In this document: piece after piece, positions 51,219-61,758 of the stretch | Layout: every line of letters begins with the position of its first letter | Numbering within the stretch: the stretch's first letter is position 1 | NCBI GenBank assembly: GCA_963749075.1 | Contig: CAVVLJ010000016.1 | Span: 512,001-576,000 of the forward strand | Length of the DNA stretch: 64,000 nt | Source: an uncultured Pseudomonadota bacterium | GTDB taxonomy: Bacteria > Pseudomonadota > Alphaproteobacteria > JACZXZ01 | Direction: 5' to 3' | Position numbers and translations under genes: made by a program | Notes under the pieces: model-generated | Databases searched by the model: none | Seen by the model: only the letters and a program-made list of their open reading frames with translations | What the model was told of the DNA's origin: nothing

Positions 51219-52853
51219 TTACGCGAGCCCGGCCGCATAGCCGTCGCGCTGCGGATCGGCGCCGCCCTCCAATTCGCCGTCCCAGCAGGCGATGCCGTGA
51301 GGTGCCGCGAAGGGAAACGTGAGGGGCGAGCGCCTGACCTCGTAGCCCATGGCCTCGAGTGCCTCTTGCGTTCTTCTCGGGATGCGGTTGGCGATGTCGA
51401 TCGCGTTGGAGGTGGCGCTGAAGCGCGGGGCGGCGACCGCCTCCGGAAGCGGCATTCCCCAATCGAGCACATTGAGCAGCACTTGCAGGATGGCGATACC
51501 GATCCACGCGCCGCCCGGTGCGCCGAGCGTCAAGACCGGCGTCTCGCCCTCGAAGACGATGCTCGGCGTCATCGAGGAGAAGCGGCGCTTGCCGGGTGCG
51601 ATCGAGCCGGCGCGGCCGGGCCTGGGATCGTACCAGTTCATGGCCCCGTTCAGCATGAAGCCGGTGCCGGGCGGAATGACGCCCGAAGGCAGGCCGTTGG
51701 TATGGGTGAGCGACACCACCATGCCGTCGCGATCGATGCAGGACACCGTGGTGGTATCCTTGCCGTCCGAGCTCGCGCGGGCAAGCGGCGTCTTCTCGCG
51801 GCACCTGATGCGCGCAGCGCACTCGTCCGCGTAAGCGTCCGAGAGGAGGCGCTCCACGGGCGGGGCCGCGAAATCCGGATCGCCGATATGGCGGTCCTTG
51901 TCGCCGCCGGCGATCTTCATCGCCTCGGCGATGACGCGGATGTATTCGGGCTCGTTGTGGCCGAGAGCCGTGAGTTCGAAGCGCTCGAGGATGCGCAGCA
52001 TCTCGGCGACGACGATGCCGCCGCCGGGCGGCGGCGGCGTGGCGACCGCCCGGCCGCGATAGGAGACCTTGAGCGGCGCCCGCGTCCTGACCTTGAAGCC
52101 CGCGAGATCCGCGAGCGTCAGCGGGCCGCCGTGGGTGCGCATGTCGTCGGCGATGCGCCGCGCGATCTCGCCCTCATAGAAGCTCTCGGCGCCGTCGCGC
52201 GCGAGACCGCGCAAGGTTGCCGCGAGATCGGGATTGCGCACGCTGTCGCCGAGGCGCTTGGGCGTCCCGTCGGGGCGCAGATAGAGCGCCCGCCCATCGG
52301 GCGTGAACGCGAGCTTCCGGACATAGGGGAGGCGCCCATAGGCCGTCTCGTCGAGGGCGAACATGCCGGCCACATGCGGGCGCACCAGCCAGCCGCTCTC
52401 GGCCAAGCCGATGGCGGGCTCGAACAATGCGGCCCAGGGCAGCTTCCCGAAGGCCGCGTGGGCCTCGCCGAAGACGCGCACGATGCCGGGCGTCGTCACC
52501 GCCCCATGGCCCAGCTCGTTGACGCCGCCCCGCAGCACATAGCCGTAGCCGTCGCTGCATTCGCGCTCGAAGAGCGCCGTCCACATCTCAGGATTGCTGG
52601 CGGCCGGGCAGGTGGAGAGCCCGTCGAGCACGAGGTTCTTCCCCGATGCGGGATCGAAGAGGTGCAGGCTGCCGAGGCCGCCGATGCCGCACATCAAGGG
52701 ATCGACCACCCCTTGGGCGAGGGCTGAGGCAATGACCGCATCGAGCGCATTGCCGCCGCATTCGAGCACGCCGAGGCCCGCTTCCGTCGCCTCGGGTTGC
52801 GCTGCCACGATCATGGCCTTGTAGGCCGGGCGAATGCGTTTGGGCTTCGGCAT
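51219..52853 (-). CDS. ggt: Gamma-glutamyltransferase family protein
   Basis: GGNALDA, CGIGG, DTTTVSC (Thr nucleophile), SSMTP, GAPGG, GGADPQRDG. Confidence 0.88.
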   Translation of the reverse strand: MPKPKRIRPAYKAMIVAAQPEATEAGLGVLECGGNALDAVIASALAQGVVDPLMCGIGGLGSLHLFDPASGKNLVLDGLSTCPAASNPEMWTALFERECSDGYGYVLRGGVNELGHGAVTTPGIVRVFGEAHAAFGKLPWAALFEPAIGLAESGWLVRPHVAGMFALDETAYGRLPYVRKLAFTPDGRALYLRPDGTPKRLGDSVRNPDLAATLRGLARDGAESFYEGEIARRIADDMRTHGGPLTLADLAGFKVRTRAPLKVSYRGRAVATPPPPGGGIVVAEMLRILERFELTALGHNEPEYIRVIAEAMKIAGGDKDRHIGDPDFAAPPVERLLSDAYADECAARIRCREKTPLARASSDGKDTTTVSCIDRDGMVVSLTHTNGLPSGVIPPGTGFMLNGAMNWYDPRPGRAGSIAPGKRRFSSMTPSIVFEGETPVLTLGAPGGAWIGIAILQVLLNVLDWGMPLPEAVAAPRFSATSNAIDIANRIPRRTQEALEAMGYEVRRSPLTFPFAAPHGIACWDGELEGGADPQRDGYAAGLA

Positions 52854-52898
52854 GGGGAGACCCTGGGGGACAAACGCAAGCATAGTCAAGCCCGTAGG

Positions 52899-52924
52899 TC
52901 CCTCTCCCGCTTGCGGGCGAGGGA
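52899..52924. repeat. REP-like palindrome / possible terminator after hrpB
   Basis: TCCCTCTCCCGC-TT-GCGGGCGAGGGA; same family as 58814-58862. Confidence 0.65.
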
Positions 52925-52925
52925 T

Positions 52926-55421
52926 TTAGCGCGTGCGCTTGACGCCGTGCTGGGGTGCGCCACTCGCGGGATCTTCGGGCCACGCGTGCTTGGGATAGCG
53001 TCCGCGCATGGTGCGGCGCACCTCGGCATAGCCGGCGCGCCAGAAACTCGCGAGGTCGCGCGTCATCTGGAGCGGGCGGCCGGCGGGCGAGAGGAGATGC
53101 AGCAGCACCGGCACGCGGCCGGAGGCTATGCGCGGCGTCTCGGCCAGGCCGAAGAGCTCCTGGAGCTTGACCGCGAGCACCGGTGCCTCGGCGCCCGAAT
53201 AGTCGAGCTGTACCAAGCGGCCGCTCGGCACGGCGATCGCGCGCGGCGCCTCGGCATCGAGACGGCGGTGCTGGCGATGATCGAGGGCGGCTGCGAGGAT
53301 CGCCGCGAGATCGAGCCGCGCGAGATCGGCGCGGCTGCGGCGGCCCGCGAGATGGGGGAGGAGCCAGCGCTCGAGCGTGCGCTCCAGTGCGGCGTCCGCA
53401 AGATCCGGCCAATCGCCTTTTGCGCCGTCGAGCGAGCGGAGAAAGGCGACGCGCGCCTGAAGATTGCGCGCCTCGGCACTCCACGGGAGCGCTGCAAGGC
53501 CGAGTGTGCACAGGCCCTCGAGGAGTGCCGCGGCGACGCGCTCGGCCGGAGCCTCCGGCCACGGCCGGGCCTCGAGGACGAGTGCTCCCAGGCGCCGCTG
53601 CCGCCGCGTCTCGACGGCTTCCGTCGCCTTGTTCCACGCGACTTCCTCGACGCTCGCGATGGCGTCGGCGAAGTTCTCCTCGATCTCATCGAGTGCCATC
53701 GGAGCCGCGAGGAGGACGCGGCCGCCGCCGCCGCCGCCGACCGACGCGATGGCGAGCCAGGGCTCGCGCGCAAGCGGGTCCTCCGCGGCGAGGACGGCGC
53801 CGCGCCCGTTCGCCATGCGGAAGCCGCCCGCGGGCCTTAGCTTGGCGATGCGCTCGGGATAGGCAAGGGCGGCGAGGAGGCCGGCATGCGCCGGCTCGAG
53901 CGCGCGCTCGGGGAGTGCCAAGAGGCGGCGGACCTGGCGCGCCGCCTCGCGCGCACGTCTCAGGGCGCCCTCGTTGAGCGTGCAGCCGGGCGGCAGGGCG
54001 CCTTTGCGCGCCATGAGCTCGAGCCGCGGCCTGAGATCGGCGTCGCGCGCGGCCCCTGGGCCTGCGAGGATGTCGCGCTCCTCGAGCAGTGCGGCGAGTG
54101 CCGCCGCCTCCTGGCCGAGCCCGCGCGACTTGGCCGCGAGCGCCATGTGGGCAAGGCGGGGATGCATGGGGAGCCGCGCGAGCGCCCGGCCGTGCTCGGT
54201 GGCGTGGCCCTCGCGGTCGATGGCGCCGAGTGCCTCCAGGAGATGCCGCGCTTCGGCGAGCCTCCGTGCGGGCGGCGGGTCGAGCCAGGCGAGCGTGGCC
54301 GGATCGCGGCAGCCCCAAAGCGCCAGCTCGAGTGCCAGGCCTGCGAGATCGGCTTGCAGGATCTCGGGTGCGGCATGGGGCGGCAAGCCGCGCGTCGCGG
54401 CTGCGGGCCACAGGCGATAGCAGAGCCCCGGCCCGAGCCTTCCGGCGCGGCCGCGGCGCTGCTCGGCCGCGGCCTGGGAGACGCGCACGGTCTCGAGCCG
54501 CGAGAGGCCGCTCGCCGGATCGAAGGACGGCGCGCGCGAGAGACCGCTGTCGACGACGGCGCCGATGCCCTCGATGGTGAGGCTGGTCTCGGCGATCGAG
54601 GTGGCGAGCACGATCTTGCGCTTTCCCGGCGGCGCCGGCGCCAAGGCGGCGTCCTGCGCGGCGGGCGGCAGTGCGCCATAGAGCGGTGTTACGATGACGT
54701 CGGGTCCGAGACCGCTCTCGCGCAAGAGCCGCTCGACGGCGCGGATCTCGCGCTCGCCGGGGAGGAAAACGAGCACGTCGCCGCTGCCCTCGCCGAGCGC
54801 GCGCCCGGCCGCCGCCGCCACGGCGGGGACGAGGCGCTCGCGCGGCGGTGCGGCGAGGGAGCGCGTCTCGACGGGAAAGCTGCGCCCCTCGCTCTCGAGC
54901 AGCGGAGCGTCACCCAGCAGCCCCGCCACGCGCGCGCCGTCGATCGTCGCCGACATGACGAGGAGGCGCAAGCTCGGCCGCAGGTTGCGCTGCAAATCGA
55001 GCGTCAGCGCCAAGCCGAGGTCGCTCGCCAGGCTGCGCTCATGGAACTCGTCGAAGATGACGAGGCCGACGCCCTCCAATCCGGGGTCGTCCTGCAGGCG
55101 GCGCGCGAGGATGCCCTCGGTCACCACCTCGATGCGCGTGCGAGGGCCAACGCGGCGCTCGAGGCGGATGCGGTAGCCGACCGTCTCGCCGACTGTCTCC
55201 CCGAGTACGGCTGCCATGCGGTGTGCTGCCGCGCGCGCGGCGAGGCGGCGCGGCTCGAGCATGAGGATGCCCTGGCCCGCGAGCCACGGCTCAGCTAAGA
55301 GGGCGAGCGGCACCCGCGTCGTCTTGCCCGCGCCCGGCGGTGCCACGAGCACGAGGGCTGCGTGGCCCTCGAGCTCGGCTGCGATGCGCGGCAAAAGCGG
55401 GTCGATGGGAAGCGGCGTCAT
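52926..55421 (-). CDS. hrpB: ATP-dependent RNA helicase HrpB
   Basis: PPGAGKTT, DEFHER, MSAT, QRRGRAGR, C-terminal RGRYPKHAWPEDP. Confidence 0.95.
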   Translation of the reverse strand: MTPLPIDPLLPRIAAELEGHAALVLVAPPGAGKTTRVPLALLAEPWLAGQGILMLEPRRLAARAAAHRMAAVLGETVGETVGYRIRLERRVGPRTRIEVVTEGILARRLQDDPGLEGVGLVIFDEFHERSLASDLGLALTLDLQRNLRPSLRLLVMSATIDGARVAGLLGDAPLLESEGRSFPVETRSLAAPPRERLVPAVAAAAGRALGEGSGDVLVFLPGEREIRAVERLLRESGLGPDVIVTPLYGALPPAAQDAALAPAPPGKRKIVLATSIAETSLTIEGIGAVVDSGLSRAPSFDPASGLSRLETVRVSQAAAEQRRGRAGRLGPGLCYRLWPAAATRGLPPHAAPEILQADLAGLALELALWGCRDPATLAWLDPPPARRLAEARHLLEALGAIDREGHATEHGRALARLPMHPRLAHMALAAKSRGLGQEAAALAALLEERDILAGPGAARDADLRPRLELMARKGALPPGCTLNEGALRRAREAARQVRRLLALPERALEPAHAGLLAALAYPERIAKLRPAGGFRMANGRGAVLAAEDPLAREPWLAIASVGGGGGGRVLLAAPMALDEIEENFADAIASVEEVAWNKATEAVETRRQRRLGALVLEARPWPEAPAERVAAALLEGLCTLGLAALPWSAEARNLQARVAFLRSLDGAKGDWPDLADAALERTLERWLLPHLAGRRSRADLARLDLAAILAAALDHRQHRRLDAEAPRAIAVPSGRLVQLDYSGAEAPVLAVKLQELFGLAETPRIASGRVPVLLHLLSPAGRPLQMTRDLASFWRAGYAEVRRTMRGRYPKHAWPEDPASGAPQHGVKRTR

Positions 55422-55495
55422 GCCGGCGCAAGCTAGCCCCGAGTGCGCTCCGGCGCGCGGGGCCTGCGGGGCGGGCCGCGGCGCTGCCGCCCCGC

Positions 55496-56251
55496 TCACC
55501 GCGGCTCGACGCGCCGGCGTCGGCCTGGCGTGTGCTGCCCTTCGGTCGCGAGGTCGCGGGCGCCCGCGAGCACCGCCTCGACATGGGCGAGGTGTGCCGC
55601 CATGGCGGCGCGCGCGCCCGCCGCATCGCGCCGCCGCAGGCACTCGTAGATCGTCCGGTGGTCGCTGATGGTCATCTGCTGCTGGTGGGGAAGACCGGTA
55701 TGGCTGCTGAGATGGTGGAAGAGGGGTGCGGACATGCCTTCCCACAAGCCGTCGACGAGGCTCGCGAGCACGCTGTTGTGCGTCGCCTCGGCGATGCAGG
55801 CATGGAAGAGGCGGTCGGCGCTGCGGCCGTCGCCGCCCGCCGCCATATGGCGCTCCATCTCCTCGATCGCCTCGCCGATACCCGCGAGCTCCGCGGCAGT
55901 GGCGTGCTCCGCCGCGCGCGCCACGATCTCGCACTCGAGGAGGCGGCGGGCGTCGAGCAGATCGAACGGGCTCGGTCCGGCGTCGAGAGGAGGCGGATGG
56001 GCCTGCGCCTCGCGCACCTGCTCCTCCAGCACGTAGATGCCGGCGCCGGCGCGGATCGCGACGACGCCGGCGATCTCGAGGGCGATCATCGCCTCGCGCA
56101 CGGTCGGCCGGCTCACGCCGAGCCGCCGGGCGAGCTCGCGCTCGGGCGGCAGACGGTCGCCCGGCCGGTATTCGCCGGCGCGGATCAGCTCGCGGATCTG
56201 TCCGGCCGCCTGCTGGTAGAGGCGCTGCGATTCGAGGGGCTGGAGCGGCAT
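55496..56251 (-). CDS. FadR/GntR family transcriptional regulator
   Basis: RLPPERELA..LGVSRPTVREA; FCD domain DRLFH. Confidence 0.92.
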   Translation of the reverse strand: MPLQPLESQRLYQQAAGQIRELIRAGEYRPGDRLPPERELARRLGVSRPTVREAMIALEIAGVVAIRAGAGIYVLEEQVREAQAHPPPLDAGPSPFDLLDARRLLECEIVARAAEHATAAELAGIGEAIEEMERHMAAGGDGRSADRLFHACIAEATHNSVLASLVDGLWEGMSAPLFHHLSSHTGLPHQQQMTISDHRTIYECLRRRDAAGARAAMAAHLAHVEAVLAGARDLATEGQHTPGRRRRVEPR

Positions 56252-56272
56252 TCAACAGTCCATTTCACCGCT

Positions 56273-56380
56273 CTCATCCTTCGAGACGCAATCCTTCGGA
56301 TTGCTCCTCAGGATGAGGACCGAGACCAAGTTCCTCATGGTGAGGAGCGTCGCGTGAGCGACGCGTCTCGAACCATGAGG
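56273..56380. repeat. Pair of RIME/REP-like palindromes
   Basis: CTCATCCTTCGAGACG...CTCCTCAGGATGAG and CCTCATGGTGAGGAG...CGTCTCGAACCATGAGG. Confidence 0.8.
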
Positions 56381-57570
56381 TCGGGCAGAGCGTCCTGCCG
56401 GGCGGGCAGCGTTGGCCACAGCCGCAACAGCTCGGCCAGGCAATAGAAGAGATGATAGAAGACGCGCACCGGGAGCTCGCGCGAGAGCTCGCGGCCGTCG
56501 CGCGCGAGCTGGTTGCGCCAGCGCGCATTGGGCGCCACGAGATAATGCTCGAACAGCATGGCCGTCTGGGTCTTGGCGGCTTCGGCCGCGCGTGCGTCGC
56601 CGAGGAACTCCCAGCGCGCGAGGTGCGCCTGGATCGCCTCGGTCTGCGGCCACAGGAGCTTGCTCGATGCTACCACCATGCCGTCGGGATAGACCTCGTC
56701 GAAGGCGGCGCGGACGAAGTGCGGGTCATATTCCATGCCGCGCTCCTCGGCGAAACGATAGAGCCGCTCGGCCGGCTCGAGCAGGCTCCCATCGCCGCCG
56801 AGCCGGGTATAGCGATGGAGGAGGCGGACCCACTCGAAATGATGGCCCGGCTCGCGCAGGCGTCCGGCAGCACCCGGCGCCGGGCGCCAATCGGCGGTGA
56901 AATACTCGCCGAGCGTGCCGCTGCCCGCATCGAAGAAATGCGCCTTGAAGAGACCGGCCATGGTCTCGGCGCGCGCGGCCCAGCGGGCGTCGCCGCTCGC
57001 CTCGTAGAGTGCCAAAAAGGCCTCGAGGAGATGCATGTGCGGGTTCTGCCGGCGGGGCAGCGCGTCGGGCGCGCCGGCGAGGTGCCGCTCGCGATAGCCG
57101 CCGAACCTCCGGTCGAGGAGGACGGCGTCCATGTAATCGGCGATGCGCGCGGCCCAGACGAGCGGCGCCGCATCGCCGCTCGCGCGATGAAGCCACGCGC
57201 AGGCGAAGAGTGCGAAGGCGTGGTCGTAGGCGTCCTTCTCGCGCGCGAGCGGGGTGCCGTCGGCCGCGATCTGATGGAAGAAGCCGCCCTCGCCCGCGTC
57301 CCAAGAGCGCTCCACGAGGAAGGCGAAGCCGCGCTCGGCCGCGGCAAGCGCACCCCCGCCGAGGCCGAGCATTGCTGCATGGGCGAAGCCATAGACGAGG
57401 CGCGCGGTGACGAGCGGCGTCTTGACGGGCCGCCGGTCCGGCATTCCGTCGGGCGTCAGGTACTCGACGTAGCCCGCGGGCTCCGCCGCGACGTTGGCCA
57501 CCCACCAGGGCACCACCTCAAGGGAGAGCCAGCGCCGCCATGCCGCCGTCGTCTTAGGCAGTGCTATCAC
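56335..57570 (-). CDS. AGE family epimerase/isomerase
   Basis: YDHAFALFA, QNPHMHLLEAFL, EPGHHFEW, LWPQTE, FYHL. Confidence 0.88.
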   Translation of the reverse strand: MIALPKTTAAWRRWLSLEVVPWWVANVAAEPAGYVEYLTPDGMPDRRPVKTPLVTARLVYGFAHAAMLGLGGGALAAAERGFAFLVERSWDAGEGGFFHQIAADGTPLAREKDAYDHAFALFACAWLHRASGDAAPLVWAARIADYMDAVLLDRRFGGYRERHLAGAPDALPRRQNPHMHLLEAFLALYEASGDARWAARAETMAGLFKAHFFDAGSGTLGEYFTADWRPAPGAAGRLREPGHHFEWVRLLHRYTRLGGDGSLLEPAERLYRFAEERGMEYDPHFVRAAFDEVYPDGMVVASSKLLWPQTEAIQAHLARWEFLGDARAAEAAKTQTAMLFEHYLVAPNARWRNQLARDGRELSRELPVRVFYHLFYCLAELLRLWPTLPARQDALPDLMVRDASLTRRSSP

Positions 57571-57578
57571 CGCACCTC

Positions 57579-58787
57579 CTACCAGTCGTGCATGGTGCCG
57601 TCGATGAGACGGTTCACCGGCAGATAGGCGCGCGCATAGGGGAACTTGGCGGCGAGCGCCTCGTCGATATCGACGCCGTGCCCCGGCGCCTCGCCGGGAT
57701 GGAGGCAGCCATCGGAGAATGCGTAGGCGTGGGGGAAGACCTCGTCGGTCCGGGCCGTGTGCAGCATGTATTCCTGGATGCCGAAGTTGGGCACCGAGAT
57801 GTCGAAGTGGAGCGCCGCCCCCATGCACACGGGCGAGAGGTCGGTGGCGCCGTGGCATCCCGTGCGCACGCCGTAGAGATCGGCGAGCGAGGCGATGCGC
57901 CGCAGGTGGCTGATGCCGCCGGCATGGACCACGGTCGCGCGGAGATAGTCGATGAGCTGCTCGGTAATAAGGGTGCGGCAGTCATGGATCGAGTTGAACA
58001 CCTCGCCCACGGCAAGCGGCGTCGTGGTGTGCTGGCGGATGAGGCGGAAGCCCTCCTGGTTCTCGGCCGGCGTGGCGTCCTCGAGCCAGAACAGGCGATA
58101 GGGCTCGAGCGACTTGCCGAGCCGCGCCGCCTCGATCGGCTTGAGCCGGTGGTGCACGTCGTGGAGGAGGTGCGGCCCGAAGCCGACGCGCTCCCGGAGG
58201 CGCGCGAAGAGGGCCGGCACGAAGTCGATGTACTTCTCCGTCGACCACAGATTCTCGCTCGGGAGATCGGCGTCCGCGGGCTCGTAATACATCTTGTGTT
58301 TGGCGACGCCGTAGGTGGAGGCGAGGCCGGGCACGCCCGCCTGCGCGCGGATCGCCTTGTAGCCGAGGCCCACGTAGCGCTCGACCTCGTCGAGGCACTC
58401 CTCGAGATCGCGGCCGTTGGCGTGGCCGTAGACGAGCACCGCGTCGCGGCTGCGGCCGCCGAGGAGCTGGTAGAGCGGCATGCCCGCGGCCTTGGCCTTG
58501 ATGTCCCAGAGTGCTGTGTCGACCGCCGCGATCGCGGTCATGGTCACCGGCCCGCGCCGCCAATAGGCGCCCTTGTAGAGGTACTGCCAGATGTCCTCGA
58601 TGCGGCGCGCGTCGCGGCCGATGAGGCAGGGCACGACGTGGTCCTTGAGGTAGGAGGCAACCGCCAGCTCGCGGCCGTTGAGCGTCGCGTCGCCGAGGCC
58701 GTAGACGCCCTCCTCGGTCACCATCTTGAGGGTGACGAAGTTGCGCCCCGGCGAGGTGACGATGACGCGCGCTTCCCTGATCTTCAC
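57579..58787 (-). CDS. manD: D-mannonate dehydratase (enolase superfamily, ManD/RspA)
   Basis: [45 protein letters not shown]. Confidence 0.92.
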   Translation of the reverse strand: MKIREARVIVTSPGRNFVTLKMVTEEGVYGLGDATLNGRELAVASYLKDHVVPCLIGRDARRIEDIWQYLYKGAYWRRGPVTMTAIAAVDTALWDIKAKAAGMPLYQLLGGRSRDAVLVYGHANGRDLEECLDEVERYVGLGYKAIRAQAGVPGLASTYGVAKHKMYYEPADADLPSENLWSTEKYIDFVPALFARLRERVGFGPHLLHDVHHRLKPIEAARLGKSLEPYRLFWLEDATPAENQEGFRLIRQHTTTPLAVGEVFNSIHDCRTLITEQLIDYLRATVVHAGGISHLRRIASLADLYGVRTGCHGATDLSPVCMGAALHFDISVPNFGIQEYMLHTARTDEVFPHAYAFSDGCLHPGEAPGHGVDIDEALAAKFPYARAYLPVNRLIDGTMHDW

Positions 58788-58813
58788 GAAATCCTCTCTA
58801 CGAAAGAGCCCGT

Positions 58814-58862
58814 CCCTCACCCGGCCGCTTTGCGGCCACCCTCTCCCGCAAGCGGGAGAGGG
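58814..58862. repeat. REP-like double hairpin
   Basis: CCCTCACCCGGCCGC-TTT-GCGGCCACCCTCTCCCGC-AA-GCGGGAGAGGG. Confidence 0.7.
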
Positions 58863-58868
58863 AAGCGG

Positions 58869-59750
58869 CTACGTCCGCGGCTTCTCCTTGACGCGGGTGA
58901 CGAGCTGGGTCGGGTTGACGAAGCGCAGTGCGAAGAGCAGCCAGACCAGCATGGTGACCATGTAGGTGACCGCCATGGCGTCGACCGACTGACCTGCTCG
59001 CACGCCGGCCGCGAAGACCGAGTAGTAGAGCGCCACCACGAGCGTCTGGCTGTCGGGACCTGCGGTGAGGAAAGTGAGCTCGAACATGGCGAAGGCGCGC
59101 ACCAGCACGAGCAGGCCCGCGGCGAGAATGCCGGGGGCGAGGAGCGGGACCAGCACGTGGACGAAGACGCGGAACGTGCCGGCCCCGAAGACGCGCGCCG
59201 CCTGCTCGAGACGCGGATCGATCTGCTCGATGAAGGGCGTCATGACGAGCACGACGAAGGGCACGGACGGCACCAGGTTGGCGAGGATGACGCCGGTCAT
59301 GGTGCCGCCGAGGCCGTAGCGGTAGAGCACGGTCGCGAGCGGGATGCCGTAGGTGATGGGCGGCACCAGGAGCGGCAGCAGGAAGAGCAGCAGCACGAGG
59401 CGCTTGCCCGGAAATTCCCGGCGCGCGAGGGCGTAGGCCGCGGGCACGCCGCAGAGGACCGAGACTGCGACCACGATGAAGACGATCTCGAGCGTCACGG
59501 TCAGCACGTCGCCGAGCTGGAACTCGTCCCACGCGTCGGCGTACCAATGCGTCGTGTAGCCGGGCGGAAGCCAGGTGCCGAACCAGCGCGTCGCGAAGGA
59601 GTTCACGAGCACCGAGGCGATCACCGCCGCGACGTTCATCAGGAAGAAGGCCATGGTCGCCCACACGATGGACGTCCAGACGATCTCACCCCACGTGCGG
59701 CGCTCGCGCCTGGCGGCCATGTCGAGCGTGCCGAGCACGGCTTCGCTCAT
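58869..59750 (-). CDS. ABC transporter permease (PotC-like)
   Basis: LEQAARVFGA EAA motif; multiple TM segments. Confidence 0.9.
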   Translation of the reverse strand: MSEAVLGTLDMAARRERRTWGEIVWTSIVWATMAFFLMNVAAVIASVLVNSFATRWFGTWLPPGYTTHWYADAWDEFQLGDVLTVTLEIVFIVVAVSVLCGVPAAYALARREFPGKRLVLLLFLLPLLVPPITYGIPLATVLYRYGLGGTMTGVILANLVPSVPFVVLVMTPFIEQIDPRLEQAARVFGAGTFRVFVHVLVPLLAPGILAAGLLVLVRAFAMFELTFLTAGPDSQTLVVALYYSVFAAGVRAGQSVDAMAVTYMVTMLVWLLFALRFVNPTQLVTRVKEKPRT

Positions 59751-60616
59751 CCCTTCGCTCCCGCCGTCGAGCCGCGATAGAAGAAGCCGCGCATGGCGAG
59801 CACGGCGGCGAAAACGATGAGCTGGAGGGCGGCCATGATCATGGCGACGGCCAACGCCATGGAATAGTCGTAGTCCTCGAAGGCGGACTGATAGGCCGCG
59901 ATCGAGAGCACCCGCGTGGGGCCCGCGGGTGCACCGAGCAGCACCGCCGAGGGAAACACCGAGAAGGCCTGGACGAAGGAGAGGCAGAAGGTGATCGCCA
60001 GGCCCGGTACCAGGAGCGGCCAATAGATGTAGAAGAACTGGCGCGCCCGACCGGCGCCGAGCGTCGAGGCCGCCTGCGCCAGAGTCGGGTCGATCCCCGT
60101 CAGATAGGAGAGCGTCAGGAGGAACGAGAAGGGGAAGCCGGTGATGACGAGGGAGAGCAGCACGCCCCAATAATTGTGGGTGAGGCGGACGGCCGAGCTG
60201 ACGAGGCCGAGATCGAGGAGCGTGCGGTTGAGCCAGCCCTGCGGCCCCAGGTAGTTGAGCAGGCCCTCCGCGACGAGCACGGTGCCGAGCGTGATGGGCA
60301 CCACCAGGAGGGTGGTGACGAGGCGCTGCAGGCCTCCCGGGCGGCGCAGCTTGAAGGCGAGCGGCACCGCGAGGCCGACGTTGACGAGCGTCGCCGGCAC
60401 GGCGAGCCAAAAGGTGGTGGCGATCGTGCCGCTGAAGCGAGGCTCGCCGAAGAACCGGGCGTAATTGGCCCACATGCCGTGCGCCTTGGGCTCGAAGGAG
60501 AGCTCCAAGCCGTAGAGGAAGGGATAGATGAAGAGGAGCACCACCACGAGCGCCCCCGGCACGATGAGGAGGAGCGAGCGGTCGAAGCCGGCGTCCGCGA
60601 GGTCGCGGCGAGCCAT
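59747..60616 (-). CDS. ABC transporter permease (PotB-like)
   Basis: LAQAASTLGA; GPQGWLN; TM segments. Confidence 0.9.
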   Translation of the reverse strand: MARRDLADAGFDRSLLLIVPGALVVVLLFIYPFLYGLELSFEPKAHGMWANYARFFGEPRFSGTIATTFWLAVPATLVNVGLAVPLAFKLRRPGGLQRLVTTLLVVPITLGTVLVAEGLLNYLGPQGWLNRTLLDLGLVSSAVRLTHNYWGVLLSLVITGFPFSFLLTLSYLTGIDPTLAQAASTLGAGRARQFFYIYWPLLVPGLAITFCLSFVQAFSVFPSAVLLGAPAGPTRVLSIAAYQSAFEDYDYSMALAVAMIMAALQLIVFAAVLAMRGFFYRGSTAGAKG

Positions 60617-60619
60617 GGT

Positions 60620-61715
60620 CTAGACCTCGCCATAGACGAGGACGCGCTCGGTCGGCACATGGCAGCGCAGCGCCTCGCCCGGAGCGACGCGCACGACGCT
60701 CCGCGCATGAAGTCTCTGGCCGTCCGCGGTCAGGAAGTCGATGAGATAATCGTGCCCGCAATATTGGACGGCCTCGGCGCGGCCCTCGATTGTGTTGGGC
60801 CCGTCGCCGGGCGTGAGATCCTCGGGCCGGATCGCAACGCGCGCTGCGGCGCCGGCGGCGAGCGGCTCTCGGCAGATGCCCTCGAGGCGCAGGCCGCCCG
60901 CGGCGACGAAGCCGCGTCCGCCCTCCACGCGCTCGAACTCGGCACGAGAGCGCGTTGCGATAGCCCATGAAGAGGGCGACCGCGAGATTGGCGGGGCGTC
61001 CGTAGAGCTCCTCGGGCGTGCCGATCTGCTGAGTGACCCCGTCCTTGAGCACGACGATGCGGTCCGCGAGCGAGAGCGCCTCCTCCTGATCGTGCGTCAC
61101 ATAGACGGTGGCTCGGCCGAGCTCGAGATGGATGCGCTTGATCTCCGAGCGCATCTCGAGCCTCAGCTTGGCGTCGAGATTGGAGAGCGGCTCGTCCATC
61201 AGCACGACCGGCGGCTCGACCACGATGGCGCGCGCGATCGCGACGCGCTGCTGCTGGCCGCCGGAGAGCTGGCCGGGCAGCCTATCCGCGTGGGCCTGGA
61301 GCTGGACGAGCGCCAGCACGCCATCGACCCGCCGCTTGATCTCGGCCGCGGGCAGCCGCCGCATGGCGAGCCCGAAACCGACGTTCTTGCGCACCGTCAT
61401 GTGCGGGAAGAGCGCGTAGTTCTGGAAGATCATGCCGAAGCCGCGCTCCTCCGGGCGGAGCGTGTCGATGCGCCGCTCGTCGAGCCAGATGCTGCCCGAG
61501 GAGAGCGGCAGCAGGCCGGCCAGGCAATTGAGCGCCGTCGTCTTGCCGCAACCGGAGGGGCCGAGGAGGGCGATGAACTCGCCGCGCCGGATGGCGAGCG
61601 TGAGGCGGTCGAGCGCCAGCGTGCCGGCAAAGCGCCGGCTCACCGCCTCGAGCCTCAGCTCGGCAAAGCCTCCATCCTGCGCCTTGCTTGCGGCGCGGCT
61701 CCTCTCGCCCTCCAT
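60620..61715 (-). CDS. ABC transporter ATP-binding protein (PotA-like, TOBE domain), +1 frameshift at about 60936
   Basis: GPSGCGKTT, LSGGQQQR, DEPLSNLD; VAIRPEDL TOBE tail lies in the shifted frame. Joined by removing one A in GAACTC (60935-60940). Confidence 0.9.
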
Positions 61716-61758
61716 GGCCTCCCGTCCCCCCGGCTGACGCCGTGCTGCGGCGCCGCCG

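Noticed and set aside
58869-61715. 948-aa ABC ATPase-permease fusion
   Set aside because: Artefact of the insertion at about 60936; it runs out of frame across the intervening permease.
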